A stretch of 64,000 bases of DNA from Utricularia gibba (Eukaryota; Plantae; Magnoliophyta). Below the pieces are notes generated by a model. The model saw only the letters and a program-made list of their open reading frames with translations, did no database searches and had not been told where the DNA came from. The translations under genes were made by a program, and so were the position numbers. The stretch covers positions 1,240,001-1,304,000 of the forward strand of contig CM007990.1 of assembly GCA_002189035.1 (NCBI GenBank), given 5' to 3'. Below are positions 1-13,662 of the stretch, in pieces (the first letter of the stretch is position 1; every line of letters starts with the position of its first letter).

Positions 1-215
1 AGCGAAGCAGGGATCGAGCCTGGTGAGAAGGATAGTGATCAACGTGGGGTATGATTTCCTGAGACGAAACTCAAGGTCTTCGACGTATGCGCTCAGCCTG
101 CCGCAGACTTCCACCTTAGAAGTAGGAATGGTATACCAAATATGACGACAACAACGCAGATATGCAAATCTTTTTCCCTGTTCTTTGTAGGAATCCCAAT
201 CAAAAGTTCCGATCT
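1..215 (-). CDS. Possible coding exon of unknown product running off the window start
   Basis: Stop-free minus frame ...[26 protein letters not shown]...LTRLDPCFA reaches the window edge. A CT-rich leader-like tract (430-455) and an AG|GTAGAT donor near 325 lie upstream. No family recognised. Confidence 0.3.
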
Positions 216-591
216 TGAATGTTAAACATAAAGATTTCTAGCTTTTTCAGACAGGTTATTATCTCCAAAAGGACTCTGACCAGTGGATTCTGTAAATTGT
301 CAACCAGGAGAAAGAGGCATCTACCTGCCTTTGCCTGAAAGAATACACGAAAAGGAAGGTGAAGATGGGGGGGAGCTAACTCTGGAGAATGAAATGGTGT
401 TGAATTCACACTACTAAAAGAACTGGAAAAAAGAGAGAGAGCGAGAGAGAGAGGGAGATGTTGGACCACAGCCATGTTTTGGAAATGGAGAAGCTTTGAT
501 CGATGGCCCCCCAGTGTGTATGCATCCACATCAGGATGTTGTGGGTATGGTCGTCTCCGGTGAGATTCCGGGGTTGCTCAGCTTCTCCCTT

Positions 592-1613
592 TCATGGCGA
601 ATTGGCATTGACGGCATCGGAAAAATGACTGGAGCTTGGGGATCTTTTGCCTTCCTTGGACCACAGCCATATCTTGGAAACGGAGAAGCTCTCACCTTTG
701 GCCCCGATCTTGATCCTCTTTCCATCTGCTTCAGCATTACTCTCGTCTGCGTCTAGATTCCGGATTTGCCCACTTCTCACTTTCACAGGCCTCACATCAC
801 TGACCCCATCCACATTTTCTAGATCTCCTCCACCTCTTCTACTACTCGGGCAAAACGCGACCTGCAGGTCCAAATCATCCACCACATACTGAAATGATCC
901 CATTGAGTAGCACCTTCTGGCGTCCAAATCGCTGCTGCTGCTCCCCCTGCTTCGCTTTCTCTAATCTGGTTGCTGTTGGAAGTGTTCGTGCTCCGGAACT
1001 TGCCCAGTCTCACTGAAAACACCCTTTTCTCGCTGATAGCAGCACCGTTCTCCTCCTCCTCACGCCTAGGCACGCAGGGGATCCTGAAGGAGCTGGCAGC
1101 ACTTCTGAAGCTCCCATCCTCGTTCTCCTTGGCATCTTGCGCAAGGAAAAGGGGATTCTCGAAAGAGAACTCCGGCGAGAAAATGACCCCCCTGCAGAGA
1201 GGACATGTTGAATTGGAAAGCAGCCATGTGTCGATGCAATCGATGTGGAAGGCGTGGCTGCAAAGGGGAAGCAACCTCAGCTTATCCATTTCTGCGAATT
1301 CACACAAACAGACCGCACAATCGAAAGGCTCCTTGGAACCCACAATATCCTTGTACATAAACACTGGGAGTGCATCAATATAGGCCTGATCTAAACCAGA
1401 ATCATGAAGGTGAAAAAGCTGCTGCAACTGCCTTTGAAAAGGACCGGAAGACATCTCCGGGAAGCGATGAGACTGCATAGATCTCTGCTTCAGAAGCAGT
1501 CGTATGAGCAAATGCATAAGGGCGACCACAAAAAGCAAAACCGCAGAAAGCACAATCACAAACAGAATCACGGGACTGACTCTGCTCCCAAATATCGACT
1601 GAATCCACGACAT
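592..1613 (-). CDS. ATL: ATL-family RING-H2 E3 ubiquitin ligase (ATL46/47-like), intronless, with a 1-base frameshift at 943-947
   Basis: N-terminal TM helix, GLD motif (SGLDQAYIDALP) and RING-H2 CAVCLCEF...CSHAFHIDCIDTWLLSNSTCPLC. The conserved tail DLDARRCYSMGSFQY...GESFSVSKIWLWS is in the next frame (ORF 592-927). Confidence 0.92.
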
Positions 1614-2809
1614 GATCCCTTCAACTTCACTCCCAATTCAAACCCACCCACCAAAACCCAGATGGGAAATCAGCTCCCTCACCTGAAATTACCCCGATCG
1701 GGCTGAAACAAGCATTGATTCCGAAGTGGGGTGAACCAGATTTCCTCCACACCATATCCCCTGTACCAGAATCAAGCAATTCAAGAAACTAAAGCGGGCT
1801 TGGGCGCCGCACGACTTGATTTTCAGGGTCCCCTAAAAAAGGGTACGTGGAGTAAAACCCCAGACTGTAAAAGGGAATTTGGACAGTGAAGCTGAAAGAA
1901 AGAAAAAAGCAGGAGATCTGGTGTAAGAGTTAAGAGCGTACACCTGCTGCCATTACACTGAATCCCGGAAATTAAAAATCCCCACCATCCCACAGTGTTT
2001 AATTACCTTTTAATCCCCAGAAATTCAAACAAAGGCGGCTATATTATATATATTATATATTTAAAATAAATAATGGAGATGCCCCTCAGCCCCCCATACC
2101 AATCGTACGTCATCATTTATTGTCCACATGCTGTTAATACTTTCGCTTTCCACTTTCTTTTTTTAGGAACTACTTTTTACACATAAATCACATGATAATT
2201 AAAAATAAAGTTTTAACAACAAAATAGATATTTTTAATATATATCCTTGAAAAGATCATATTATTCCTTCTATTTTCAAAAAAATTATTTCAACTATCAT
2301 TTTTTTTAAAAGTATAATTAGTATGAGTATTTTTATTGATATTACAAAAAAAATGTTGTCTTTTAGGATAGATTCATAAGAATTTAAGATTTTTAAAATT
2401 TGCATGATTAGAAAGAAATAAAAGATATAATGTTCAAAACAGTGAATAAAAATACAAAGATATGTAAAAAATCGTTCAAGGGCGATTGTCAAAAATGAAT
2501 TTTTTTAAAAATATATATTTTTATAATATATATAAAAAAATATTGTAATTTTTCTAATTAATATTTTATTTAATCACTAAAATAGAGATTAAATAAGTTC
2601 AATAGTTGTTGAAGTTAATCGCATAATATGAATTTCTCATTTTACAACACAATAATTAAAGATTAGAATTTTTAAAAATTAAATATAATTACTTTAAAAA
2701 ATTATGAAAAAAGAACAGACCCATTAAATGAAATTGACTCTGTCCAAATAGAAGCACATCAGCCATTGGAAAAATAATGATAAGCATGTCATTTCCATAT
2801 GACCAATTC

Positions 2810-2930
2810 AATCTGGGCTTGAAATACTGGATCATTACTTCCGGCCCACTAGGATTTATTTCCGGCTCAATAGACCCAATAAGATTTTGGGCTGCTACAA
2901 GGAATTTCTTCCAGAATGAAGCCCATTTTC
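2810..2930 (+). promoter_or_regulatory. Site II-like (TGGGCY/GCCCA) motif cluster upstream of a candidate spliced transcript
   Basis: Several TGGGCT/GGCCCA/AGCCCA motifs lie at the edge of the AT-rich spacer. Confidence 0.4.
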
Positions 2931-2949
2931 TAGATGATCTCGTGGCTCG

Positions 2950-3760
2950 TTTATGGATATTTTCCTTTGGCGCTGTTGCGAAATTAGTCTTAGATTTTGT
3001 TGTAAACATCACCGTTTCTGCGAGATTGTTCAGAGCGAATCGTGTTTCTGGCGCAATGTGGGCGAGCTGTTGCCTGGGGGGACCGTTTCCAGAGGCGACG
3101 AGGAAATCCTGTATGTGGTTATTATGTTATGTAATGAAATCTTGTTTTGCGTTTTGATTTGGTACTGTTTTTTTCAATTTGAATGATGGAAAGACCAGAA
3201 CAGTGATGTGTTGTGGCTTTCTCCCAAGCAAAGAATCTATGGAAAGAGACTAACCTAAAGATGCCATTCCGACTTTTGTTTTTTGTGTCTTCTTTTCCTC
3301 CCTGTTCCAGCTTTTGTTTAAATGGTGGTTTTGCTTTTGTTTTTTGAAGCACAGGCCTAGCACACAAATCACTGTCAGTATGCAAATTACCCATCAGAAT
3401 ATGCTTAAGCTAAAGCTAAAGGTATTCCTTTCCACTTTTTTTCGTTTTGGGTACTCAGCAAGAATATCTGTGTACGTTGCATCTCGAGGAATAACAGATG
3501 ATTAGTTGATCATTCAGTCCTTTTTTTTTTTTGCAGAATTTGTGGATTCCACAGGAACTTCAATGTAGAACTGTTTTGTGAAATTTTCAGGATGTGTGTG
3601 ATAAGTATTGTTTGGTTGATCTGGCTTCATAATAGGCCATATCTCAACCTCTTTGCACTGGAGGCATTACTGTCGAGTGTGTGCGGGTGTTTTATCACGG
3701 ATTCGAATGTTTGAATGGTAGATAAAACTGGTGCATGATGTAAAAGTCACTCTGTGATTT
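2950..3760 (+). ncRNA. Candidate spliced non-coding or small-ORF transcript convergent with CLE25
   Basis: Donor GTATGT at 3111, acceptor TTCCAG at 3310, donor AG|GTATT at 3422 and poly-T/TGCAG acceptor at 3536. No recognisable protein. Confidence 0.35.
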
Positions 3761-3825
3761 CAGCAACAGGTACCTGATAACTACTCATGAACATTGCCTT
3801 GGAATAAGCTACATTTACCAAAATT

Positions 3826-4305
3826 TCAGCTTCTAAGTTTCTGCATGTAGCGGCCTGGTGGCTGACGATAGTTGCCTTCTCTTCTGTTGCAACAGAAACA
3901 AGATTTAGTGCCTCTCTGCTAACTGAAGTATCCACTTTTCATGGTTTCAGATGAAGATAAGAGCGCAGCTGGAAGGGAAACTCAAAGGAAACAGCAGCAC
4001 ACACCCAAGGAATATTGATGCGAATTACTTTTAAAAGCTACGTGTCAAAAGTTACATGAAATGACAAGGGGATCCCGCCAGCCTCAACTCCCTTTTTCAG
4101 CTTTTTACCATGCAAGCAAAGCAATTCCTAAGACACAAGGAGATGAAGGAGAAGAACCTAACCTGTTATGAATAGGGTCAGGCCCGTTTGGAATCCTTCG
4201 TTTTTCGACATGGTGGAGATTGACACTACCATTTCCGGTAACACTCTGAACCCCCAACAAGCAAGTGATTCCTAGCAGCAGCAGAACCCTGAAAAACAAC
4301 TTCAT
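3826..4305 (-). CDS. CLE25: CLE25/26-type CLAVATA3/ESR peptide precursor, 2 exons (4305-4163, 3883-3826), about 66 aa
   Basis: Signal peptide MKLFFRVLLLLGITCLLGVQS, then CLE dodecapeptide RRIPNGPDPIHN. A phase-2 GT-AG intron joins to RREGNYRQPPGR, the tail typical of the CLE25 clade. Confidence 0.88.
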
Positions 4306-4771
4306 CCCCAAGGGTTGATGGTATCTCAGTGAACAAATAAAGGGGTTCCAAGAGTTGCAGAGAAGCAAGCTTCTTTTTCTTCCCCTTGCTGGATCCGCTT
4401 ATGGGATTGTGTTGTTTGTCTCTGGTCACCTCGTTGCTTTATATTGCAGGGTTATGCCCATCGACCAAGTACGGTGGTCTACTTTTTTAGCTTTGTGTAT
4501 TTTCATGCACGCATATAATAGTAGTAATCTGGAGGGCCAATTTGGTGCTCACTTCTGGTCTTTAGGCAGCCTAAATTTAGGTTAGCCATCATGAATAATG
4601 TCTTTCACAGGACACAAAATCAGTCAAAAACAAAGCAAAAGCTGAGAAACCGAGCTAGTGAAAGAATATGAATAGTTCACTAACTCTAAACTACAAGAAG
4701 ATACAATATGGAAGAAGTGGTATACAGCCAAGTTATGAAAATTTGTACATGATGGGGGGATCATATACCAG

Positions 4772-7700
4772 TTATTTTGATGGGGTTGGCTTAGCACGGT
4801 TCCTCATGCTTGCTCGTCGAGCCACATCCCATGCCTTCTGGGGAGCAAAAACACCGGCTTGCGATGCGAAAAACGATTCGTAGCCAGGAGAATCGAAAGC
4901 AAAACCTGTGTGCTTGGACTTTTCCCCAGGCAGTTGCATTATGGCATACCTCCGTGCTTCCTCTGCACTGAGGTGGTCGTTTCCGATTTCAAGCAATCCG
5001 ATCCTGGGATGATCAGCTTCGTCACGGTGTATTTCTTGAACAATCTGGTAATCGTAGGGGAAGAACCACCTTTGAACCCTGAACAATACCAACACCAGAG
5101 AAATGAGGTTTGGTTTTCAATGGCTACAGGGGCGGAAAGGAGATGCATCAATGTCATATGGCGTTTGCCTACCCCAGGTACACGAAGTCGACAAAGAGTG
5201 CTGCAGTGGGGACGAGAACCAGAGCCAAGTAGAAATACAAGGTGCTCATCAGTACGTATATGACGAAGTAGATATTTTCCTGCAGAAAAAAAGGATTGAG
5301 ATGAAATTACCTGCTTACAAATTTATGAAAAAGTGCATTGCCATTTTTACCTGGTCCTTTGGTAAGACAACACCGGAGTAAATGAAGACAAATATGAACC
5401 ATAACAATATGCTTCCACCAACACTGATGTAATGCCACCTCGTAATTGTGTTGCACATCATCAGCAACCGCAGGTTCACAGTCACGACAACAACAGTGAA
5501 GGCCATTGTACTAACATCCCAGAGGCCAAACGTCTTGCCAGCTGAGTTCATGGCTTTGTCGCTCGAAGCAACGATGAAGTAATGCAAGACTAGAGATTGA
5601 TAAAGGGCGAAAAAAGCCCATGTTGCAACAACTCTCCATTTGAAGAAAGCATTTCTTATCCCCTCCCTGTATAATTCAGGATACTTCTTGGAGAGGACGG
5701 CGCTAACATCCTACAGAGATGAGCTAGCGACTTTGATAAAAGAATGAATATGTCGAATAAGTAGGAGAAAACAACTCTGATACCTACCTTGTCGAAGAGG
5801 CCAATAACTATAACAGGAAGTGCTGTAAAAATGACATTGAAGAGAGACTGAAACCAATCATCATAAAACCGTTGGCCTGAGAATCCCGTTTGGAACGTGA
5901 ACCAGAATTGTGTGAGAGTGAATGTCAAATTCTTGTAAAAGAAATACGTCACAACCTGCAAATTGATGAACATGATGCATGTCAAGATTTTAGGCAATTT
6001 TAACAGGCTAAACAACTCAGGAAAGTACAAACCTTGCAAATCCTATGATATGACCAACGACCATGGACAAGCAATAGATCTGATAGGAAACGAAACTGGG
6101 CAATGGCAAAGTCACTGGCCATCACTGCTTGCATACCTTCCTGCCCACTGATTCCTACTCCCACATGGGCAGCTTGAATCATACTGACATCATTCGCACC
6201 ATCTCCGATACTAAGTGTGATCCTACTTGCACCCTTCCTGACTAAACTTGTGACCTGAATCGAATGAGGAAGATGCCAACAAACAATCTAAATCAGGTGA
6301 CAACCGATATTCAAAGGCCCAAGAAAGCTTTTTGATACATAGCCTACAAAATGCACCTGTGCCTTCTGCAGTGGAGATACTCGACAGCAAACAACAGCAT
6401 TGCAATTTAAGCTCAAATTCAGAAGCATTACACGTAAATTTGGGTCCAATGCGTACATCAGACACTTCCCATCAATTACAAGTGCCAACTTTGTTCTAGA
6501 TGTAGATGTGAGAAACTGTTTTGCCTCTTCGTAACATCTTTGAAGATCATTTCTTACACACTCTTTCATAAAGCGTGCAAGTTCTATCTGATCACCCTGA
6601 AAATAGAATCGAAATGAGTGAGGACAGAAAAGAATCCTGAATGTGCAATAACATGGTGGTGAAATAAGCATACCCTTTCTTCAACTTCTCTTATGGCATC
6701 AGTTTCTGAACTGATGATAAATTGCTTCATGCTGTTATTTATTAACTTGCATGCTGCCAGACAAAGGAAAAGATGAGAATGGCAATGAAAAAGAACGCAT
6801 TGGCATTTCAGAAAAAAATCAAAATGTAAACCAAAGAAAGAGATGAAGAGGGCGCAAAATTATGAGAATCAAGCCAATTACCATATGCAATGTTTATAGC
6901 AGTTTCCATCTTGTCTCCTGTTAGCACCCAAATTTTGATTCCAGCCCGAGAAAGTGTCTCTATGCATTCAGGTACTCCTTCCTGAAGCTTGTCTTCAATG
7001 GCAGTGCAGCCAATCAAAATTAGCTCCTTCTCAATTAACTCTGCAACCTGCATTATTTTTCACCAAATAGTAAATCGGACAAATAAGATTCAACTTGAAA
7101 TCGCCAATTTGAATACTATACACATGCAAGGGACAGCAAATCTGCAAGTTCAATTGATACGTCTTAGCCTATCAGAATGAAAACTATTCATGTTTTAGAC
7201 GCTAAGACTAAAGTCATCTTACAGTTAAAAAAATCACACTTTCTCTCAAAATTAAAGCTTGCAAAAAAGAAACGAGGACTGATGTCCAACTCTCACTGCT
7301 CCATGATCTTAGCATAATCCTTCTGTTTCTATCTGATATTTGTTAGAAAAAATGTCATGCAAGTGATCCAAAGAACAAAATATATCCCTTCAACAGAAAG
7401 TTCACTTTATGCAATTTCTAGAAATGGAAAAACATCATTGGATCTCCAACCTACGCAGAACAGTTACAAAGAACATGTAATAAAACACGTTGAACAGCTA
7501 CAAGGAAAATTCAGGAAAACAGAATGTAACAACTACAACACATCAAGCAAAAATTCAGCAGACAGATAAAACATGCAATAAAAAGAGAACTAAAAAGCAT
7601 CACGTTAATCAGTTAATCCCAAAGCTGCTTGCGCACCTCATCCAATTTCTTTTCCCTATCCCGAAGAGAGGATTTTGCCTGAACGTATTTCTCATTCCAA

Positions 7701-10700
7701 TTATCATAAACATCGGAACTCAAATTTCTATAGGCCAAGCAAAGTGTACGCAGCCCAGCTGCTCCAAATTGCTCCAAATGCTCCCTAGATACTTTTTTCA
7801 AATCATTATTACGGTCTGCCAACCGTTCATATATCACTGTATCTGCACCCTGAAGAATCAATTACCAACCAAGCTACGATGTTATTCATGGAATATAACC
7901 TTCAAACAAATTATGAAACCTTGTGAAGCAACCTTGCAGTAGAGAACAAGTCTACCATCAGGATAGCGGCACACAACAGACTGGCGCTTCCTTGTGCTAT
8001 AAATTCCAAAATAGTTCATCAGACTGGGTTTATTAATCAGGATTAGCTAACAAAAAGTAAACAATACATTACCTGTTAAATTCCAGAACATTCAATATTT
8101 CATATGGAACATCTTGAACTTTGCCCATCTTCTCAACATGTGACTCACGTACATAGATAGTTGTAGGAGTGCGTCTTCAGTGAGAATGCAAAACATTCAA
8201 GCAAATGATATTTTTAAATTCTTTTCAAAATAAATACAGAAAACGTACATACTTGTAGAAAAAGAATCCAAAATTCTTTGCTGCAGTAACCAGAGCAGCT
8301 TCATCAGGAGACGCAGCTTGATATCGAATCTTTTCAGGAGTCTCCTCACCTTCAGGAAGCACAGTGTGACAAATTGCGAGACACCTGAAGAATTCCTTAC
8401 AAAAAAAAAAAGCTGTATTTCATGCCAGTGTAAACAAACAGTAATCCAGGTAGCAACAGTTGAGACTGCAATTCCGAATAAAAAAAAAATTCAAAACCAC
8501 AACAAACACAAATCAATTGTGTTTGGTTTCTCAGTAAATCTGCACATATATTTAAAGCCTACTTTGCAAGCCTCGGGATTAGGTTCATTCCTCCAAGCAC
8601 CACGCATTAGCCGCAAATCATCAAAATTGAAACCCTTTTCCTTCACCAAATGTGGCTGCTTATGAGTCTGAAAACAGAAGAATACATAAAAACAAACCAG
8701 AAATTTGGAGAAATCTAGAGCATTGCAAAGAATATTTACTAACCTCAAGACTCACTCCAGACCTCTGGGCTGTACCAATCTCAATTTCACTGATACCAGT
8801 ACCATAAATCTCCCCACCAATTGAACATTTAAAGAACTCCATCAAATTTCTTGTCAGAGTTCCAGTTTTATCGGAGAAAATATACTCAATCTACATAGAA
8901 AACAAGATAATATATTAATTTATATATATCATAAGAGGTTACAGAGTGGTCAGGAAATTGGGAAAAAAATGGAAATTGCAGACAATTTAGACCAAAGAAG
9001 AAAAAAAATGATATCACATTACCAGAGAACAATATCCCAAGACATTACCTGACCAAGTTCCTCATTCAGGTTGGATGTCCGAGCGGATGCAGGTGTATTG
9101 CTCTCCACATGATACATTTGCAAGTCATTGTTGATGAATTGAGTAGATTGTATAAATTTAATCATCTAAAACAAGGATTTTAAAAACCCCAATTATTCAA
9201 GAGCATAGAATACAAGACATACACTGGGGAAAAAAAAATCTGCGATAGTTACCTCGACAGAAACATAGAGAGAAATTGGTATTATAGGAGAATAAAGAGT
9301 CACGAGGGTGAAAAATGTCAAGATAGCAACCTACAGAATGAAAAACAAGGATTATTACAAATTAACAAAAACCATAACACAACATCGGCAAACAGAAAAG
9401 GGAACAAGATTCTTTACCACAAATCTATTGTCAGGGTCGAATTGACTCTCTGCTGTGTCAAAATGCAAGTAGTAGTACTTGTTGTTTATAAATATACCGC
9501 TGAAAGATGCAAATAGAATCATATTGTACTATCTTTAATTGACACAGGGACATCTAAATAGTGTCGAAGCATAATCAAAGACGAAAGAAGCAAACCTGCC
9601 AATGGCCCCCAAAAGACACATGGATACTAGAACACTGAAAAGTATAAGAATGAGTTTGTCAAGTTTCTTCTCCAACGTGCTTCTTTTGGAGGGAATTTTC
9701 ATGGAGTTCATCATAACCTACATGTAAACCAGATATAGCCATCCTATATAAGGTTCGAAAATTGAAAGACATGAAAAAAGCACTTTAACAGGAACAAGAT
9801 ATGGCCATTAATGATTTTTAGTTGAATAAAATGTGCCTCAGTTAGAAACAGGCAGCGCAACTCAAAAAAAAATTGAAAACGCAGTTGCCTCCAACAAAAC
9901 CAAAGCACAGGGAAGTACCTTCGTCTCATGCCCAGTAAAAATGACAGTACCAACTATGAATTCAGTATTTCTCAGGCTACATCCCTACAAACATGAAATC
10001 GTTAGAAACACACAATGAGCAAACCACTGTGAATAGGGGGGCAAACTTGGCCGCATATAAGTACAAAACTACAAACGCCATTCCACAACTCTGGAAAAAG
10101 ATATGTAGACTATGCCCTAAAACCAACACAAGATCAGCCGAGGGAGGGTTACGATTTCTTACCCTCAAAAGAAGTTGATTGGGACTGAGAGGTAGTGTTT
10201 GTTTACTGATAATCAGATTACCAGTAAAGGTGTACAGTGAGTTATTTGGTTGCTCACACTGGACCTCACCTGCGTAGAGAAGCTTAGACAATCAAAGAAA
10301 GCTCTGAATTCATTTATTTACCAAAAAATAATACTTAGTCAAGGCAATAATTATGAATCTTAGTAGCAGGAGACTTCATTAGACTTGCAAATGGATAATC
10401 AGTAATAGTAATCCAACAGGTAGGCAATGTGGACATATTGGCCACATTTTCCCCACAGTGATGGTAATCCAGATAACGAGCAGATAACAAAACCTTTGAA
10501 CTCAGAGGCACTCTCAGGGGTCACATAGTCCCATGTCTTTTCTAATGCTTTCCTTATCTTCAGGTTAGTTTCGCCATCAAGGTTGGCTGTCTAACAAAAA
10601 GTAAGAAAAAAAAAAAAAAAAAAAATGAAATTATATCAAAGAATAAAAGGAGCCTAATGCATCACACTTCTGGAAAACTGAGTCCAGTAAAAAGATAGCG

Positions 10701-12216
10701 TCCACGAAATAGTACAAAGTAAGGAATACTAACTTCAATGTAGCAGATACCATCTGGATTTGTGCTGCTAAGGAATAACAAATCAGCTGGGAAGAATCCA
10801 TCCTGCTTCACCTGAGAAAACGTAAAATAAAACAAAGCCATTCAACTTGAAGTTCTTGTAATTGCATATGAGATTAAAACACAGTAGTTTCAATAAATGC
10901 CGCTTCACCTTCGTCATATTATGACCATTTAATTCAGTTCATACAGAATTCGAATAACATCATTCAAATTCAAATCCTCTCCAAGGATATAATTCGTGTA
11001 GGCAGCAAACCTTCTCGAATTAATATTTTAGCAAGCCATCGTGATCATTGTGTTCATTATGGTAACGTAGATTTTAAAAAAACCCAGTAAAAGGGTGAGC
11101 CTCATTCAATAAGCTTCAGGGGAGATTTTTTGACATGTACAGGGCCAGGGAAGGAACTTAAAAACTTTGATAAAGCCATTTAAAGTCATTTGATATTCAC
11201 AAACGTGCACTTACTTTCACAAGATCTCCAACCTGCAACTTTTTCCAAGGTGTAAATACCCATCTCTTGTCTTGCAACACTTCTACCACGGTATTATTGA
11301 TTGCCAAATCATTTTGAAACCGTTTCTTCATGCGGCAACAATTTAAAGAAAAGAATAGGAATGTGAGAAACATTCAGATTTTTACAAGTGACATAAAAAT
11401 AAAGAATAAAGATGAGAAACTCACCCAGTCCTCCCATGCTTCTTTTATAAGAGAGACCAGAAGCACCAAAGTCAGAGGAAGAACATTTGTAATTGGACTC
11501 ACCGGACTACATGAGAGCAGAAATTCATTATATGCTTATACATGAAGATCAAGACATTAATGGGCAGCCCAGTAGCAGCTCAAACCTGATAGGAGTGCAT
11601 GACAGGATGGAGATCATGAGGAAGTAAAGGTTAGCCACCCGCCTGAACTGTTGGGATGAGGTAATCACGTTCAATAACAAATAGAAATGAGAATAAGTTA
11701 GGTTGGTTGCAATTATAATCCATTTTCAGTAAGCATACACCATGAAAATACAGTAGCAAATTACCTGTTCAAAAAGTCCCTTCGGTAAAAATGTCAAGAC
11801 ATCATACTTCGTTGTTGACACAGAGTTACCCTACACGACAATCCCGCTGATCAAATTTCTAAACCAGAAATGTAAAAAATTTCCACTGAGTACTACTACT
11901 CAGGAAATCCTGTAAAACATGCCCTCTCTGATCCAGCACATAGTGACAACCATTAAGCACCATATAATTTCATCACTAGAATCACAAAACCCAGGTTTCA
12001 TTTCCCCACAAAAACTTAACCAAGCAACGAAAAGCAACTCCAAATCAAGACCTTATGTTTTGCGAGAGCATTGGCGTCACGATCATTACAAAACACGGTC
12101 CTATGACCAGGGGCCTGCGGCTGCACCTTCCCCAGACGAACGGTTCGAGTAGAGGGGATATGGTCCACCGACGATGCCCCATCACCCGCCCCACGGGAGC
12201 CCCTCCATCCGGCCAT
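4772..12216 (-). CDS. ALA3: P4-type ATPase phospholipid flippase ALA3, more than 20 exons
   Basis: Start MAGWRGSRG...TVFCNDR, NLDGET, phosphorylation motif DKTGT (8858-8872), KGAD, LTGDK and C-terminus [28 protein letters not shown]. The exons checked join in frame with GT-AG sites. Confidence 0.97.
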
Positions 12217-13324
12217 CTCCTCCCAAGATTTTCAAATCGCGCGCCCCCACGAGATGCGGGAAAAAAAACCCTGTATACCCAAGAAACAGCTGGATTCAAA
12301 GGAAACGATAGGCCAATAGGGGAAACTGCGAGCTCCGAGAAGATTGAAACGAAGAAAGATCAGTATTAGTGGTCGCCTAATTGTCAATCGCGCAGAAATG
12401 GAGGAGGAGGTCTCATTCTTACCGCGTCAAATTACTCTTTTACCAAGCAACAGCTTCCCACAAGCGCGTTCGTTTACAGCTTTTTGTAAAATGACTAATT
12501 GTTGATCAACAATTAAATTCTAAAAAAAAATTAATTTCTTAAAAAAATAATTTAATAAAATTGAATTTGAATTTCTACCGTTTATTGAAAAAATAATTGT
12601 TTTTTAAATATAGCTTTAATTTTCAATTATTAAATTTGGTTTCCGTTGACTTTTTAAATTAATATAATTAATATTCCTTTTTATTAATTAAAAGTTCATA
12701 AGAATTAATTAAAGTTAATTCTTTTATAAATATAATTACCAAAAATAATTGTAAAATTAGAGTATTATTAAAATCACCTAATAGAATTCATCAAAATACT
12801 AAAAAATCATTCGTTAGGATATGAAAAATTTCTTCATATTAAATAACCGTTAATAATAAATTTGGTGAATTTACTGAAAATTAATATTTAATATTATGAA
12901 TTATACATTTAAACAAATTCAGTATATAATCATTAAATAATGATGAAAAAATCTCATGTTTTAGATAGAATTAATTAATACTATTAATGAAAAAAACAAT
13001 ATTATTTTCATTATTTTAAAAATGCTTTTCCTCTAATTATCACTTCTTTGTTTATTTTTTTTGTCAATGAGTTGGTTTTTTATTTTTAATTTTCCACAAA
13101 ATTATCTCACAAGTATGAAATTCTTTAAAATTTGATTTAATACAACCATTATTTATTTTTAATATCTGCCATACTTATTAATTATAAACATTTTAATAAT
13201 GATTACATACATCCAATTATAAATATTTCATGAAAGAAATTTTAATTAATTTTTCTTCAAATAACACATTTTACCAGGAGTGATTAAAAATAAAAATACA
13301 TAAAATTTGCTTAATTATCTAAAA

Positions 13325-13455
13325 AATGATTAGTTACTGAATTAACCGATAACCGATTTATACCAAATTTTATTGACTAACTGAATTAGTTACTGAATTA
13401 AAAAATCGAATCGGATTTTTCGATTTTACTTTTTTTCGGTTACTAACTGAATTTT
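13325..13455. repeat. Short imperfect direct repeats (TTAGTTACTGAATTA twice, AACCGA/AACTGA motifs)
   Basis: The 15-mer occurs at about 13331 and 13387, in an AT-rich spacer. Confidence 0.5.
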
Positions 13456-13662
13456 GCTCAGCCATACATTTTACAAAATAAATCAGTAACATATCCATCG
13501 CAACACGTACGGAATCGGTGTCAACAGAGATGACAAAGCATAGACCACAAACCAACCTAGGAACGATGGTTATTTCTATGATGTTTTGCAAGTAACCAGA
13601 CTAAACAGCTTCTTCTTGAATCAACGTAAGAACACAGTTTGTAGCACCAAATCAACTTAAGC

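Noticed and set aside
970-1706. Long plus-strand ORFs overlapping ATL
   Set aside because: They are antisense shadows of the real CDS with no family features.
3111-3310. Intronic snoRNA
   Set aside because: No clean RTGATGA...CTGA pair or ANANNA/ACA boxes were found, only an imperfect hairpin.
8170-8400. AAG splice acceptors in ALA3
   Set aside because: They are less common but canonical AG sites, and the protein joins in frame.
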